From positions 3,766-67,765 of the forward strand of contig JBHKFL010000006.1 of assembly GCA_042263625.1 (NCBI GenBank): 64,000 nucleotides of DNA, given 5' to 3'. The notes beneath the pieces are model-generated. The model was not told the origin of the DNA. It ran no database searches and saw only the letters and a list, made by a program, of their open reading frames with translations. The DNA comes from Candidatus Malihini olakiniferum (GTDB lineage: Bacteria > Pseudomonadota > Gammaproteobacteria > Enterobacterales > Enterobacteriaceae). Shown piece by piece: positions 22,249-33,418 of the stretch (positions within the stretch are counted from its first letter, which is position 1; each line of letters opens with the position of its first letter). Both the position numbers and the translations under genes were made by a program.

Positions 22249-22824
22249 ATGAGCGAGCAGGTAGCGGATCGCGTTCTGGTTGAACGTGTCCAGAAAGGCG
22301 AACAGAAATCGTTTAATTTGCTGGTGGTTCGATACCAGCAAAAAGTGGCAAACCTGGTTTCACGGTATGTTCCTCCTGGAGATGTGCCCGACGTAGTGCA
22401 GGAGTCCTTTATTAAAGCCTATCGTGCATTGGCATCGTTTCGGGGTGATAGCGCATTTTACACCTGGCTGTATCGTATTTCCGTCAATACAGCTAAAAAT
22501 TATCTAGTTTCCCAAGGGCGGAGGCCACCATCTAGCGATGTTGATGCCAATGACGCTGAAAATTATGAAACTGCCAGTGCATTAAAAGAAATATCAAACC
22601 CTGAGAACTTAATGCTCTCAGAAGAGTTGAGAAGTATTGTTTTTCGAACGATTGAATCGTTGCCAGAAAATTTACGGATGGCGATTACGCTACGTGAACT
22701 TGATGGCTTGAGTTATGAAGAAATAGCCGCCATTATGGATTGTCCGGTCGGCACTGTGCGTTCCCGTATTTTTCGTGCGCGAGAGGCGATCGATACTAAA
22801 GTACAACCGTTAATTCAACGTTAG
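22249..22824 (+). CDS. rpoE: RNA polymerase sigma factor RpoE
   Basis: 191 aa, highly similar to enterobacterial sigmaE. Confidence 0.98.
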   Translation: MSEQVADRVLVERVQKGEQKSFNLLVVRYQQKVANLVSRYVPPGDVPDVVQESFIKAYRALASFRGDSAFYTWLYRISVNTAKNYLVSQGRRPPSSDVDANDAENYETASALKEISNPENLMLSEELRSIVFRTIESLPENLRMAITLRELDGLSYEEIAAIMDCPVGTVRSRIFRAREAIDTKVQPLIQR

Positions 22825-22868
22825 ACACGGTTTTTCGTTAACCATCATGGAGTTGATAAGGTAAAGTC

Positions 22869-23180
22869 AGGCAGAAAGAGAAGCTTTGCTACTGTAGTGG
22901 ACGGCAAAGCCGCAAATACTCAATTTCTTAACACATTAGAGCCTGAGCCTGGTGTTGAACCATATAACAGCTGCCAAAGCTGCCTTTAGTTCTGGTATTC
23001 TGCGTGGTGACGTAGCTTCAGATTGAAGTAAAAAGTAACTAACGGCATCAATGTCATGTTGCATGACTACGAATTACAGCGTCTTCTCCAATCTATTCTA
23101 AGACATTAGCTGGAAGTACCCGCAGAATGAAAAATAGCAGGCAGCGATTCAGGTACTGAACTCGGTACTCAATCATGGGT
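22869..23180 (+). pseudogene. rseA: anti-sigmaE factor RseA remnant
   Basis: ATG is now AGG, followed by QKEKL..VDG; INVMLHDYELQR and GTQS present; the TM region is deleted. Confidence 0.88.
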
Positions 23181-23625
23181 GATGAAGCTCTTTCGGTTTA
23201 ATTTTTAATTAATACTCATCAGTTTATCTTATTCAACTACCACACTGGTGGATCGTGTAGAGAGATAGGGATATCAGCTATTTTAATTCAGATCTTGAAT
23301 CTTTTTGCTCTCTTGCGATCAAGTTTTTTGATCTCTTTCTCCATCCGAATCTTCGTAAACGAAGATTCGCAATCACTTTCTGCATTCTATGCTTTCATTC
23401 CAGAGGAATGAACAGTGCGTATAGCCGATCCCCTACTGGGTATCACAAAAGCGGTTAAAACACTTAACCTGACCTGGATTCGTGAGTAGCTTTTTCATTG
23501 GACGAAGAGTCCATACAGTAATTCGCAATGGTTATGAACTTACGTGGTGGGTGAATTATCCAAAGAAACGCTAAACACATTGCTAATAATATTCTTTTTC
23601 AATCACACACACTAAGTGATGTGTA
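23181..23625 (+). pseudogene. rseB: RseB remnant
   Basis: C-terminal VVGELSKET-KHIANNILF; position between rseA and rseC. Confidence 0.72.
23346..23369. repeat. perfect inverted repeat, 11-bp arms, 2-nt loop
   Basis: CGAATCTTCGT-aa-ACGAAGATTCG inside rseB. Confidence 0.93.
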
Positions 23626-23635
23626 GGGTGCTTTT

Positions 23636-24073
23636 ATGATAAAAGAGTGGGCGACTGTGGTTGTCTGGCACGATGGCATAGCTGTCTTGCATTGTGAGCA
23701 AGGTTACGGGTGTATCGGTTGTCAATCGCGTAAAACTTGTGGCACGGGTCTTCTAAGTGAATTGGAAGGGTTTGCAGAACAAGTACTACAGGTTCCCTGC
23801 GAGCAGCCCTTGATTCCTGGTCAACGTGTTGAGTTGGGTGTTTCGGAAAGCAGCCTGCTTCGCTTCTCTGTATTGGTTTATTTAGTGCCATTACTGGGAT
23901 TATTTATGGGATCTGGGCTGTTGCAATCGTTGTTCAGAACCGATTTGGCTGCGGTGCTCGGTGCCGTGTTGGGCGCGGCGTTGGCGTTCATATTGGTGCG
24001 AGGTTTCTCGCTAAAGTTAGGCAAAAAATGCCATTATCGTCCAGTTATTTTACAGATATCCCCTCCGGGATAA
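23636..24073 (+). CDS. rseC: SoxR reducing system protein RseC
   Basis: MIKEWATVV, Cys-rich CIGCQSRKTCG, two TM segments. Confidence 0.92.
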   Translation: MIKEWATVVVWHDGIAVLHCEQGYGCIGCQSRKTCGTGLLSELEGFAEQVLQVPCEQPLIPGQRVELGVSESSLLRFSVLVYLVPLLGLFMGSGLLQSLFRTDLAAVLGAVLGAALAFILVRGFSLKLGKKCHYRPVILQISPPG

Positions 24074-24199
24074 CCGCTGCAAATGGCAGCCTGAGCTTCA
24101 TTTACTCAGAGAGTGCTAGCCTCTCTCTGAGATTTTTTATCATGTGATAACAGCAGACGTCAAGAATTTTTACAATACAAAGGTAGCAAAACATTTCTA

Positions 24200-25990
24200 A
24201 TGAATCATATACGAAACTTCTCTATTATTGCCCATATCGACCACGGTAAGTCGACGATCTCTGATCGCATCATTCAACTTTGCGGGGGTTTATCTAACCG
24301 TGAAATGGCGGAGCAGGTGTTGGACTCGATGGATCTGGAACGTGAACGCGGCATCACCATTAAAGCGCAGAGCGTAACGCTGCATTACCATGCTAAAGAT
24401 GGTAAAATTTACCAGTTAAATTTTATCGATACGCCTGGACATGTTGACTTCTCCTATGAAGTGTCACGTTCATTGGCTGCGTGTGAAGGCGCGCTGTTGG
24501 TGGTAGATACAGGACAAGGCGTAGAGGCACAAACGCTTGCTACCTGCTATTCCGCTATAGAAATGAATCTGGAAGTGGTCCCGGTGCTGAACAAGATTGA
24601 TCTGCCTGCCGCTGATCCAGAACGTGTTGCAGAAGAGATTGAAGATATTGTCGGTATCGATGCGAACGACGCAGTGCGCTGCTCAGCGAAAACCGGCGTC
24701 GGTATTCCAGATGTACTCGAGCGCCTGATAAAAGAAATTTCACCCCCAGAAGGTGATCCCAACGCACCGCTTCAGGCTCTGATCATTGATTCCTGGTTCG
24801 ATAACTACCTCGGTGTAGTCTCTCTGATCCGTATCAAAAACGGGGTATTGCGCAAGGGCAACAAGATCAAGGTTATCAGTACCGGTCAGGCATATAACGT
24901 CGATCGTCTGGGGATTTTTACGCCTAAGCAGGTCGATCGTGATATGCTTAACTGCGGTGAGGTAGGCTGGCTAGTGTGTGCTATCAAAGATATCCTGGGG
25001 GCTCCTGTGGGCGATACCTTGACACTGGCTCGCCAACCCGCTAAAAAAGCGTTGCCTGGCTTTAAAAAGGTCACACCTCAGGTTTATGCAGGCTTGTTCC
25101 CGGTCAGCTCCCATCATTATGAAAACTTTCGCGATGCCTTGGGCAAGCTAAGCCTCAATGACTCCTCTCTGTTCTACGAACCTGAAATATCGACAGCGCT
25201 TGGCTTTGGCTTCCGTTGTGGCTTTCTGGGTCTTTTGCATATGGAGATTATTCAGGAGCGTCTAGAGCGTGAATATGCTCTAGATCTGATCACCACTGCA
25301 CCAACCGTTATTTTCGAGGTAATGACCATACGCCAGGAAATTATTTACGTAGACAGCCCTTCCAAGCTACCGAAGTTAAATAATATCGAAGAGCTACGTG
25401 AACCGATTGTAGAATGTCACATGCTTTTACCACAGGCATATCTAGGCAACGTAATCACCCTGTGTACTAAGAAACGCGGTGTACAGACCAACCTCGTTTA
25501 CCACGGAAATCAGGTTTCATTGACGTATGAAATCCCAATGGCGGAAGTGGTGCTCGATTTCTTCGATCGATTGAAATCGACCTCATGCGGTTATGCGTCT
25601 CTTGATTATAGCTTCAAACGTTTCCAAGTCTCTGACTTGGTGCGGGTTGACGTGATGATTAACGGTAAACGTATTGATGCTCTGGCACTGATTACCCACC
25701 GCGATCATTCACAGTATCTCGCTCATGAGTTGGTAGAAAAAATAAAAAAGCTGATCCCGCGTCAACAATTTGATATTCCCATTCAGGCGGCTATGGGTAG
25801 CCATATTATAGCATGTTCAACCGTGAAACAATTGCGCAAAAACGTATTAGCAAAATGTTACGGAGGCGACGTTAGTCGTAAGAAAAAGCTATTGCAGAAA
25901 CAGAAAGCTGGTAAGAAGCGCATGAAGCAGATCGGCAACGTTGTATTGCCGAAAGAAGCCTTCCTAGCCATTTTACACGTTGGCAAATAG
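24200..25990 (+). CDS. lepA: elongation factor 4
   Basis: AHIDHGKST and DTPGH motifs; C-terminal KCYGGD. Confidence 0.98.
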   Translation: MNHIRNFSIIAHIDHGKSTISDRIIQLCGGLSNREMAEQVLDSMDLERERGITIKAQSVTLHYHAKDGKIYQLNFIDTPGHVDFSYEVSRSLAACEGALLVVDTGQGVEAQTLATCYSAIEMNLEVVPVLNKIDLPAADPERVAEEIEDIVGIDANDAVRCSAKTGVGIPDVLERLIKEISPPEGDPNAPLQALIIDSWFDNYLGVVSLIRIKNGVLRKGNKIKVISTGQAYNVDRLGIFTPKQVDRDMLNCGEVGWLVCAIKDILGAPVGDTLTLARQPAKKALPGFKKVTPQVYAGLFPVSSHHYENFRDALGKLSLNDSSLFYEPEISTALGFGFRCGFLGLLHMEIIQERLEREYALDLITTAPTVIFEVMTIRQEIIYVDSPSKLPKLNNIEELREPIVECHMLLPQAYLGNVITLCTKKRGVQTNLVYHGNQVSLTYEIPMAEVVLDFFDRLKSTSCGYASLDYSFKRFQVSDLVRVDVMINGKRIDALALITHRDHSQYLAHELVEKIKKLIPRQQFDIPIQAAMGSHIIACSTVKQLRKNVLAKCYGGDVSRKKKLLQKQKAGKKRMKQIGNVVLPKEAFLAILHVGK

Positions 25991-26015
25991 AGCAAATAAC
26001 TCATGAGGAGTTGGC

Positions 26016-26975
26016 ATGGCCAATATGTTTGCCTTGGTTTTAGCGCTGGCGACGCCAGTCACTGGCATAGTCTGGTGTTTTGAACGCTTTAAATGGGCGC
26101 CAGAACGCAATGCAAGAGCTGAGTCTGCGCTCAACTCGCAGCAGAATAGCAGCAGTGACGTTTTCACAATTAAAACACCTGGCTGGATTGAAACCAGTGC
26201 TTCGGTATTTCCCGTGCTGACACTGGTGTTTATTCTTCGCTCCTTTATATATGAGCCGTTCCAAATTCCGTCTGGTTCGATGATGCCGACCCTACTGATT
26301 GGTGATTTTATTCTGGTAGAAAAGTTTGCCTATGGCATAAAAGACCCTATCACGCAGACGACGCTGATCCCAACTGGGCATCCACGGCACGGTGATATCG
26401 CAGTATTTAAGTACCCTGAAAATCCACGTTTAGACTATATCAAGCGTGTGATTGGTTTGCCTGGTGACCGGGTTTCTTACGATCCGCTGAGTAAACAAGT
26501 TACGGTGCGCCCGGCGTGTGAAGAAACAGCCTATGATAGCGCCCTCGCAGTGACCTACAGTAACCTTGAAGCCAGTGATTTTTCCCAAACCTTGGGCCGT
26601 CCTGGCACGGAAAAGAGCAGAGGTTTGTACTCACTTCCAGTCGGCCAAGAAAAATCTGGCGGTGTGGTTATCGGAGTTCGTCAGGAGAAGATGGGTGATG
26701 TATCGCATCAGATCTTAGTAATGCCAGGAAGTCAGGATCAACTGGGGATGTATTACCAACAGGCTCGCCAGCCGCTGGCCACTTGGGTGGTGCCGAACGG
26801 ACACTATTTCATGATGGGTGATAATCGCGATAACAGCACGGATAGCCGCTACTGGGGTTTCGTTCCTGAAAAGAACCTGGTAGGTCGGGCAACAGCAATC
26901 TGGATGAGCTTTGAAAAAAAAGAAGGTGAGTGGCCGACCGGTGTACGTTTCAGTCGTATTGGTCGAATTCATTAA
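26016..26975 (+). CDS. lepB: signal peptidase I
   Basis: IPSGSMMPTL, DYIKR and GDNRDNS motifs. Confidence 0.97.
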   Translation: MANMFALVLALATPVTGIVWCFERFKWAPERNARAESALNSQQNSSSDVFTIKTPGWIETSASVFPVLTLVFILRSFIYEPFQIPSGSMMPTLLIGDFILVEKFAYGIKDPITQTTLIPTGHPRHGDIAVFKYPENPRLDYIKRVIGLPGDRVSYDPLSKQVTVRPACEETAYDSALAVTYSNLEASDFSQTLGRPGTEKSRGLYSLPVGQEKSGGVVIGVRQEKMGDVSHQILVMPGSQDQLGMYYQQARQPLATWVVPNGHYFMMGDNRDNSTDSRYWGFVPEKNLVGRATAIWMSFEKKEGEWPTGVRFSRIGRIH

Positions 26976-27132
26976 TTACAGTGATAAACCCGCAGCATTA
27001 TTTTTAGGTGCGTTGTAGAGTTAACAAAACGGCTTTCATGTTATATTGCGCGAAACAAAGCGCGATCAGGGAAGGAGTATTCCGTCTGCTGCGGTAAACA
27101 GGTATCAGGTATCTATGATTTATTGGTAACAA

Positions 27133-27813
27133 ATGAACTCAATTTTAATAAATCGGTTACAAAGAAAGCTGGGCTACACTTTCCAGCAGAATGACCTGTT
27201 ATTGCAGGCCTTAACGCACCGCAGTGCTAATAGTAAGCATAATGAACGCCTTGAATTTCTCGGTGACTCCATTCTGAGTTTTGTGATTGCAAATGCGCTT
27301 TATCATCGCTTTTTTTTCGTGGATGAAGGAGAAATGAGCCGCATGCGTGCCTCGCTTGTACGCGGCAATACGCTAGCGGAAATTGCGCGTGAATTTGAAT
27401 TAGGCGAGTGCCTGCGTCTTGGTCCAGGCGAGTTCAAAAGCGGTGGTTGTCGCCGAGAGTCTCTTCTGGCAGACACCATCGAAGCGCTGATTGGCGGTAT
27501 TTTTCTCGACAGCGATATTCAAAATGTCGAAAGACTAATTCTGAATTGGTATCAGACCCGTCTGGATAAACTAAGTCCAGGAGATAAACAAAAAGATCCA
27601 AAGACTCGGTTGCAGGAGTTTCTACAAGGCTGTCATCTACCACTACCTGCCTATCTGGTGGTACAGGTTCGCGGTGAAGCACACGAGCAGGTATTTACTA
27701 TCCATTGTCAGATTAGTTGTTTTGACGAACTGGTGATTGGTACAGGTTCAAGCCGCCGTAAAGCAGAGCAGGAAGCGGCAAAAAAAGCGTTGAAAAAACT
27801 GGAGATTGAATGA
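27133..27813 (+). CDS. rnc: ribonuclease III
   Basis: [10 protein letters not shown] motif and dsRBD. Confidence 0.97.
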   Translation: MNSILINRLQRKLGYTFQQNDLLLQALTHRSANSKHNERLEFLGDSILSFVIANALYHRFFFVDEGEMSRMRASLVRGNTLAEIAREFELGECLRLGPGEFKSGGCRRESLLADTIEALIGGIFLDSDIQNVERLILNWYQTRLDKLSPGDKQKDPKTRLQEFLQGCHLPLPAYLVVQVRGEAHEQVFTIHCQISCFDELVIGTGSSRRKAEQEAAKKALKKLEIE

Positions 27814-28715
27814 GCGAAGAACAAACCTATTGCAGTTTCGTCACTATTATTGGGAGACCCAATGTTGGTAAATCCACATTGCTAAACGAACTGCTGGGGC
27901 AAAAAGTCTCCATTACTTCTCGTAAGCCTCAAACTACGCGACACCCCATTATGGGGATCCATACCAAAGGCCCCTATCAAGCTATTTATGTAGATACGCC
28001 GGGGCTGTATTTAAAAAAAAAACATGAGATCAACCGCCTGATGAATCGCGCTTCCAGTAATTCAATCTATGACGTTCAGCTGATTATCTTTGTTGTGGAA
28101 GGTATAAACTGGACTGACGATGATGAAATGGTCGTTGGCAAGTTGCGTGATCAAAATAGTCCTGTACTGTTGGCGATCAATAAGATTGATAACCTAATAG
28201 ATAAAACAAAGCTGTTGCCTCATATTCTGCTTTTAAGCAAAAAGATGAATTTTCTAGACGTAGTCCCCCTTTCTACAGAAAAGGGGGTTAACGTTGACAC
28301 TATTGCCAGAATCGTGCGTAAACATCTGCCCGTTGCTGAGCATCACTTTCCAAAAAATTTTATTACAGATCGGTCAAAAAGCTTTATGGCAGCAGAAATT
28401 ATTCGTGAAAAGCTGATGCGCTTCCTGGACGAAGAGTTGCCATATTCGGTGACAGTAGGGATCGAACGTTTCGTTACCAACGATTGTGGTGGCTATGATA
28501 TCAACGCCATAATTCTGGTTGAGCGTGATGGTCAGAAGAAAATAGTGATCGGTAATAAAGGCGGCAAAATAAAAATAATTGGTATCAAAGCACGCCAGGA
28601 TATGGAAATCATGTTTGAAGTCAAGGTACACCTTGAACTGTGGGTGAAAGTAAAATCCAGCTGGGCTGATGAAGAACAGAAACTACGTAGTATTGGCTAT
28701 ATCGACGATAAATAA
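27810..28715 (+). CDS. era: GTPase Era
   Basis: [13 protein letters not shown] and NKID motifs; KH domain. Confidence 0.97.
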   Translation: MSEEQTYCSFVTIIGRPNVGKSTLLNELLGQKVSITSRKPQTTRHPIMGIHTKGPYQAIYVDTPGLYLKKKHEINRLMNRASSNSIYDVQLIIFVVEGINWTDDDEMVVGKLRDQNSPVLLAINKIDNLIDKTKLLPHILLLSKKMNFLDVVPLSTEKGVNVDTIARIVRKHLPVAEHHFPKNFITDRSKSFMAAEIIREKLMRFLDEELPYSVTVGIERFVTNDCGGYDINAIILVERDGQKKIVIGNKGGKIKIIGIKARQDMEIMFEVKVHLELWVKVKSSWADEEQKLRSIGYIDDK

Positions 28716-28727
28716 GCTCCATTCCGA

Positions 28728-29190
28728 TTGAATGGCTAGCAGTAAGCGTTTATCTAAAATTGACTGGATAGTCTGACAATGAAATCTGACAATGAAATCT
28801 GGACTTCTGCTGGATCACTAAAAATGAATGGCTTATGCGCATTTTGGCGAAGGGGGATGCGCATGCTCTTCGTTTTCCGCTCAGAGAGGTATTTGCAACC
28901 GGTCACACCGCTGCTGGTGTGTTTTAGTGGGCTGCAGAAAAATGAAAACGCTGCCTAATGTTAAGCTAGTCTAGGCTATCTAGCCTTACCACTCACTCAC
29001 TGGAAGCATGCTTTATGGTGGCCTCTGCGCACATGAATTGCTCATTCGTGTGCTAGAAGTCAGAGCACAAAACCAACTATTGGATGGCGCTCAAGCCCTA
29101 TTCTGTTAGGAAACCGTTAAAAAGTAGTAATCTTTTTTAGAAATCAGCTAGTTTACGACTTTCTATCCCTCCTCTCCGACGACGGAGGAA
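28728..29190 (+). pseudogene. recO: DNA repair protein RecO remnant
   Basis: G*Q*AF, ILAKG, LQPVTPLL, LYGGL..ELLIRVLE and MALKPY fragments. Confidence 0.9.
28772..28797. repeat. exact tandem duplication, 13 bp x2
   Basis: TCTGACAATGAAA x2 inside recO. Confidence 0.9.
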
Positions 29191-29310
29191 TACTGATCAA
29201 AGCGGAAATCCGAACGGCGATTCTGTGCTAGAAGGTGGCGACTGTAGTAACTAACTAAAAGTGCAGTGTACACTGCTCACCTAACGGTAATTTTAGTGAG
29301 GACTGATGTA

Positions 29311-30042
29311 ATGGCTGAGCTTTTGCTAGGTGTAAATATCGATCACGTGGCGACTCTACGCAATGCACGTGGTACGGCATACCCAGATCCTGTGCAGGCT
29401 GCATTTGTTGCCGAGCAAACCGGTGCAGATCGCATTACGGTTCACCTACGCGAAGATCGCCGTCACATCACCGATCGCGACGTGCGTTTATTACGCCAAA
29501 CGTTGCAGACACACATGAATCTTGAAATAGCCGTAACAGAAGAGATGCTGGAGATAGCCTGTGAACTTCGCGTACACTTCTGCTGCCTGGTGCCTGAAAA
29601 ACGAGAGGAAGTGACGACAGAAGGCGGGCTTGATGTAGCAGGTCAATTACCGCGCATGATATCAGCTGTAGCGCGCTTGCGAGAGGCGGGCATTCTGGTT
29701 TCTCTGTTTATCGATCCGGAACGGGTGCAAATTGATGCCGCGATAGCAGTAGGTGCGCCTTATATTGAAATCCATACTGGTGCTTATGCTGATGCACAGG
29801 ACGATACACTGCGCCAACAAGAGTGCGCTCGTATTCGCGATGCGGCGTTTTATGCTGTTAGTAAAGGGCTTAAGGTAAATGCAGGGCATGGTCTTACGTA
29901 CCATAACGTACATGCTATTGCTGCATTACCTGAAATCCATGAGCTTAATATCGGGCACGCCATTATTGGTCGCGCAGTCATGAGTGGTTTACCTGATGCC
30001 GTAGCGAAAATGAAAGCGTTGATGAGGGAAGCCCGTCGCTAA
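29311..30042 (+). CDS. pdxJ: pyridoxine 5'-phosphate synthase
   Basis: [24 protein letters not shown] and NAGHGL motifs. Confidence 0.97.
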   Translation: MAELLLGVNIDHVATLRNARGTAYPDPVQAAFVAEQTGADRITVHLREDRRHITDRDVRLLRQTLQTHMNLEIAVTEEMLEIACELRVHFCCLVPEKREEVTTEGGLDVAGQLPRMISAVARLREAGILVSLFIDPERVQIDAAIAVGAPYIEIHTGAYADAQDDTLRQQECARIRDAAFYAVSKGLKVNAGHGLTYHNVHAIAALPEIHELNIGHAIIGRAVMSGLPDAVAKMKALMREARR

Positions 30043-30431
30043 TGCTTATTCTGGAGCTAAGTTCGGATATTGTCGAGAGCGCTGGGATTGAGGCGATTAT
30101 CGCCCGCTCAGGCGAGCGTCTAGCGCGCAGAGCAGAGTCTTGTCTGCACAAGAGTGGTTGCACTATCAACGGCACTAGAACAGGCCGCCTGCTGCTTTGC
30201 CAAGCACTTCTGCCGTCAAAGAAGAAACAGTGGAGAACGCGTTAGGTACTGGCATTAGCTAATGATGGGCCTCCGAACGAAGAGTTTGAAGTCTTTAACG
30301 ATCCGCTTAGTAAACCTTGCTTTCGGCTGTGGAAATACACGCAATCGATAGCGGACCGCTTCTGTACAGATAAGATTCACCTAACTATCTCTGATAAACG
30401 ATACTATGCATGTAGCATGGTAATCTTTTAG
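30042..30431 (+). pseudogene. acpS: holo-ACP synthase, frameshifted
   Basis: The N-terminal DIVE..IIARSGERLARR frame stops at 30245; the C-terminal FEVFNDPLSKP..ISDKRYYAC lies in another frame and ends at 30431. Confidence 0.88.
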
Positions 30432-30451
30432 CGGTGAACGAAAACGCTAGA

Positions 30452-30775
<324 letters not shown>

Positions 30776-30999
30776 TTATAACTGCAACCTAGCAGAGGAC
30801 CCTCCTTCCTGTCGAATAAAATACCCATAGTTAGTATGTAAGATAAATAATAAAGTTTATTGTTGCTATACAGATAAGTATATTTTTATATAAGTAGGCT
30901 AATAGCGTATCGCATTAGGTATTAGGATAATAATGTATAGGGCAGCAGTGGAATTTGGCGGTTTTACAGGCACTTCCTTCTAAACTCGGAGATGCAGCA

Positions 31000-31560
31000 A
31001 GTTGTAAAGATTATTATTGGCATCCTTGACAGAGAGATGATATTATTTTTCGTATATCTAGTATTCTGTTAGAATACATAGATAGCCACTGAGCTGCTTA
31101 CCTCATTTTTCCATCTTGGTTATGCTTTGCAATTACAGAAATCATTCCGTGCTTTCTAAAGACATCTTGACGATGTTTCCCGAAATGCAGCACTTTTAGC
31201 TGAATAATTTCTATTCTAGTAGCGTAGCCAATTTCTCACCATTGATACAAGTACAATATGTACTGACTGTATCAAACGTACTCGGGAGTTATTTGTTTTC
31301 CTGCAAAAGACGAGGAATGCCCTCATCTGCCCTATTCGTTAGGGGCCGATCCTTTGGCTTTTTTTGTGATTAGATTGTCGCCAAAGTGGCTCGAACGACA
31401 GTGCATACTCATGCAGACTAGGGCTGATGCAGTGCAATGATTTTCTTTCCCTCGCTCAACCATTGAGAATGTCATCGACCTGAAATCTAGGTTATAAGGG
31501 CTTTGCAGGCCATTTAAATCTAGCTGATCTATCTCGCTCTTGCAATATCGACAAATATGA
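31000..31560 (-). pseudogene. possible murQ/yfhH(murR) remnants
   Basis: Syntenic slot; only short SGR-IL-like similarity to the MurQ TSGRLGIL motif. Confidence 0.3.
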
Positions 31561-31829
31561 TTATTTTTATTTTATCTTCCTTTCTCTGCTCGCACTGCTT
31601 GTCAGAGCCTGAAGTACGTTCCTAAGAGGAAAAGTTAAAATAGTTTTTATATTGTTACTGATTAATAGATTGACTTTTTCCGCTCTTAATTGGCGGTCTG
31701 CAGTCTTGCAAGTCTTCATAGTAAGTGAAATAATTTTCTATTGAAGACAATATTAGGAATAAAATGAAAAAATTAGGTTTTTATTTGCCGAAAATAAGCA
31801 ATAATCGTATTGAAATTCTTAATGTTTTT

Positions 31830-32646
<817 letters not shown>

Positions 32647-32679
32647 CTGCTCAGAAATACTCACAATAATTAGGAGAGA

Positions 32680-33230
32680 GCCGCCAGCAATTTCCAGCCA
32701 ATGTCATGGGTATTTTTCGTAAATAGCCTTTGTAAATCCGGTAAAATTTTGTCGATAGCACTCAGGAAAATCGACATATTGACATAATCAAACTCACCAA
32801 CTAAAACTAAAGGCTGTCATCCTGCGCGCAATATTTTACCAGGTTACGCGTTCCTCGTCGCTTAGATCGAGAGCGAACAAAAGCTGCGGGTGAATGCAAT
32901 GCTCTGCATCAAACCGATAGTAACGGAGTCCGCTAATGTATAATCCAATGCGCCTCAAGCCTTCTATTTGAGGAAGGCTTGAGGCTGCTTCTAAGTTCAA
33001 TGCCGAATATTTATCGTTTTCAAATCACGTAGCATAGCGGTATGGGCTGAGCCCGATGTGACTGCTAACCGACCTTTGAACTTTTCCAGGTTTTTGGGGC
33101 GCGTTGTCCCCTTGCGATAAACCAGTTGCTACGAATCGGTGGCCGTATGGTCTTTCTGTCTGTAAGTGAATTTTTTGATCTACTCTTACAGAGAGTGTGG
33201 AATTTTGCTTAACAAAGCGCCAGTGTGCCA
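32680..33230 (-). pseudogene. mltF: membrane-bound lytic murein transglycosylase F remnant
   Basis: QLVYRKGTTRPK..GRLAVTSGSAH, LDYTLADSVTI and FDYV..FLSAID..WKLLAA fragments. Confidence 0.9.
32952..32985. repeat. perfect inverted repeat, 13-bp arms, 8-nt loop
   Basis: GCCTCAAGCCTTC-tatttgag-GAAGGCTTGAGGC inside mltF. Confidence 0.93.
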
Positions 33231-33288
33231 TAGTTATCCATCAGGTTAAGGTTTGACCACGACGAAAATAATATGTGCAACAAACTCT

Positions 33289-33327
33289 GCACAAAAGGTT
33301 TCGTCTGGCGTCACAATTCTTTATAAT
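33289..33327 (+). promoter_or_regulatory. purL promoter with degenerate PurR box
   Basis: GCACAAAAGGTTTCGT (33289-33304) resembles the purL operator; TATAAT at 33322-33327. Confidence 0.6.
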
Positions 33328-33418
33328 GACGCATCTTTCCGCCACTTAACTGCGCGAAAAAGTAGCGACTACTGACGGACTGAAAGTCAGCACATCGAAG
33401 ACAAGGAGAGATTTTTAG

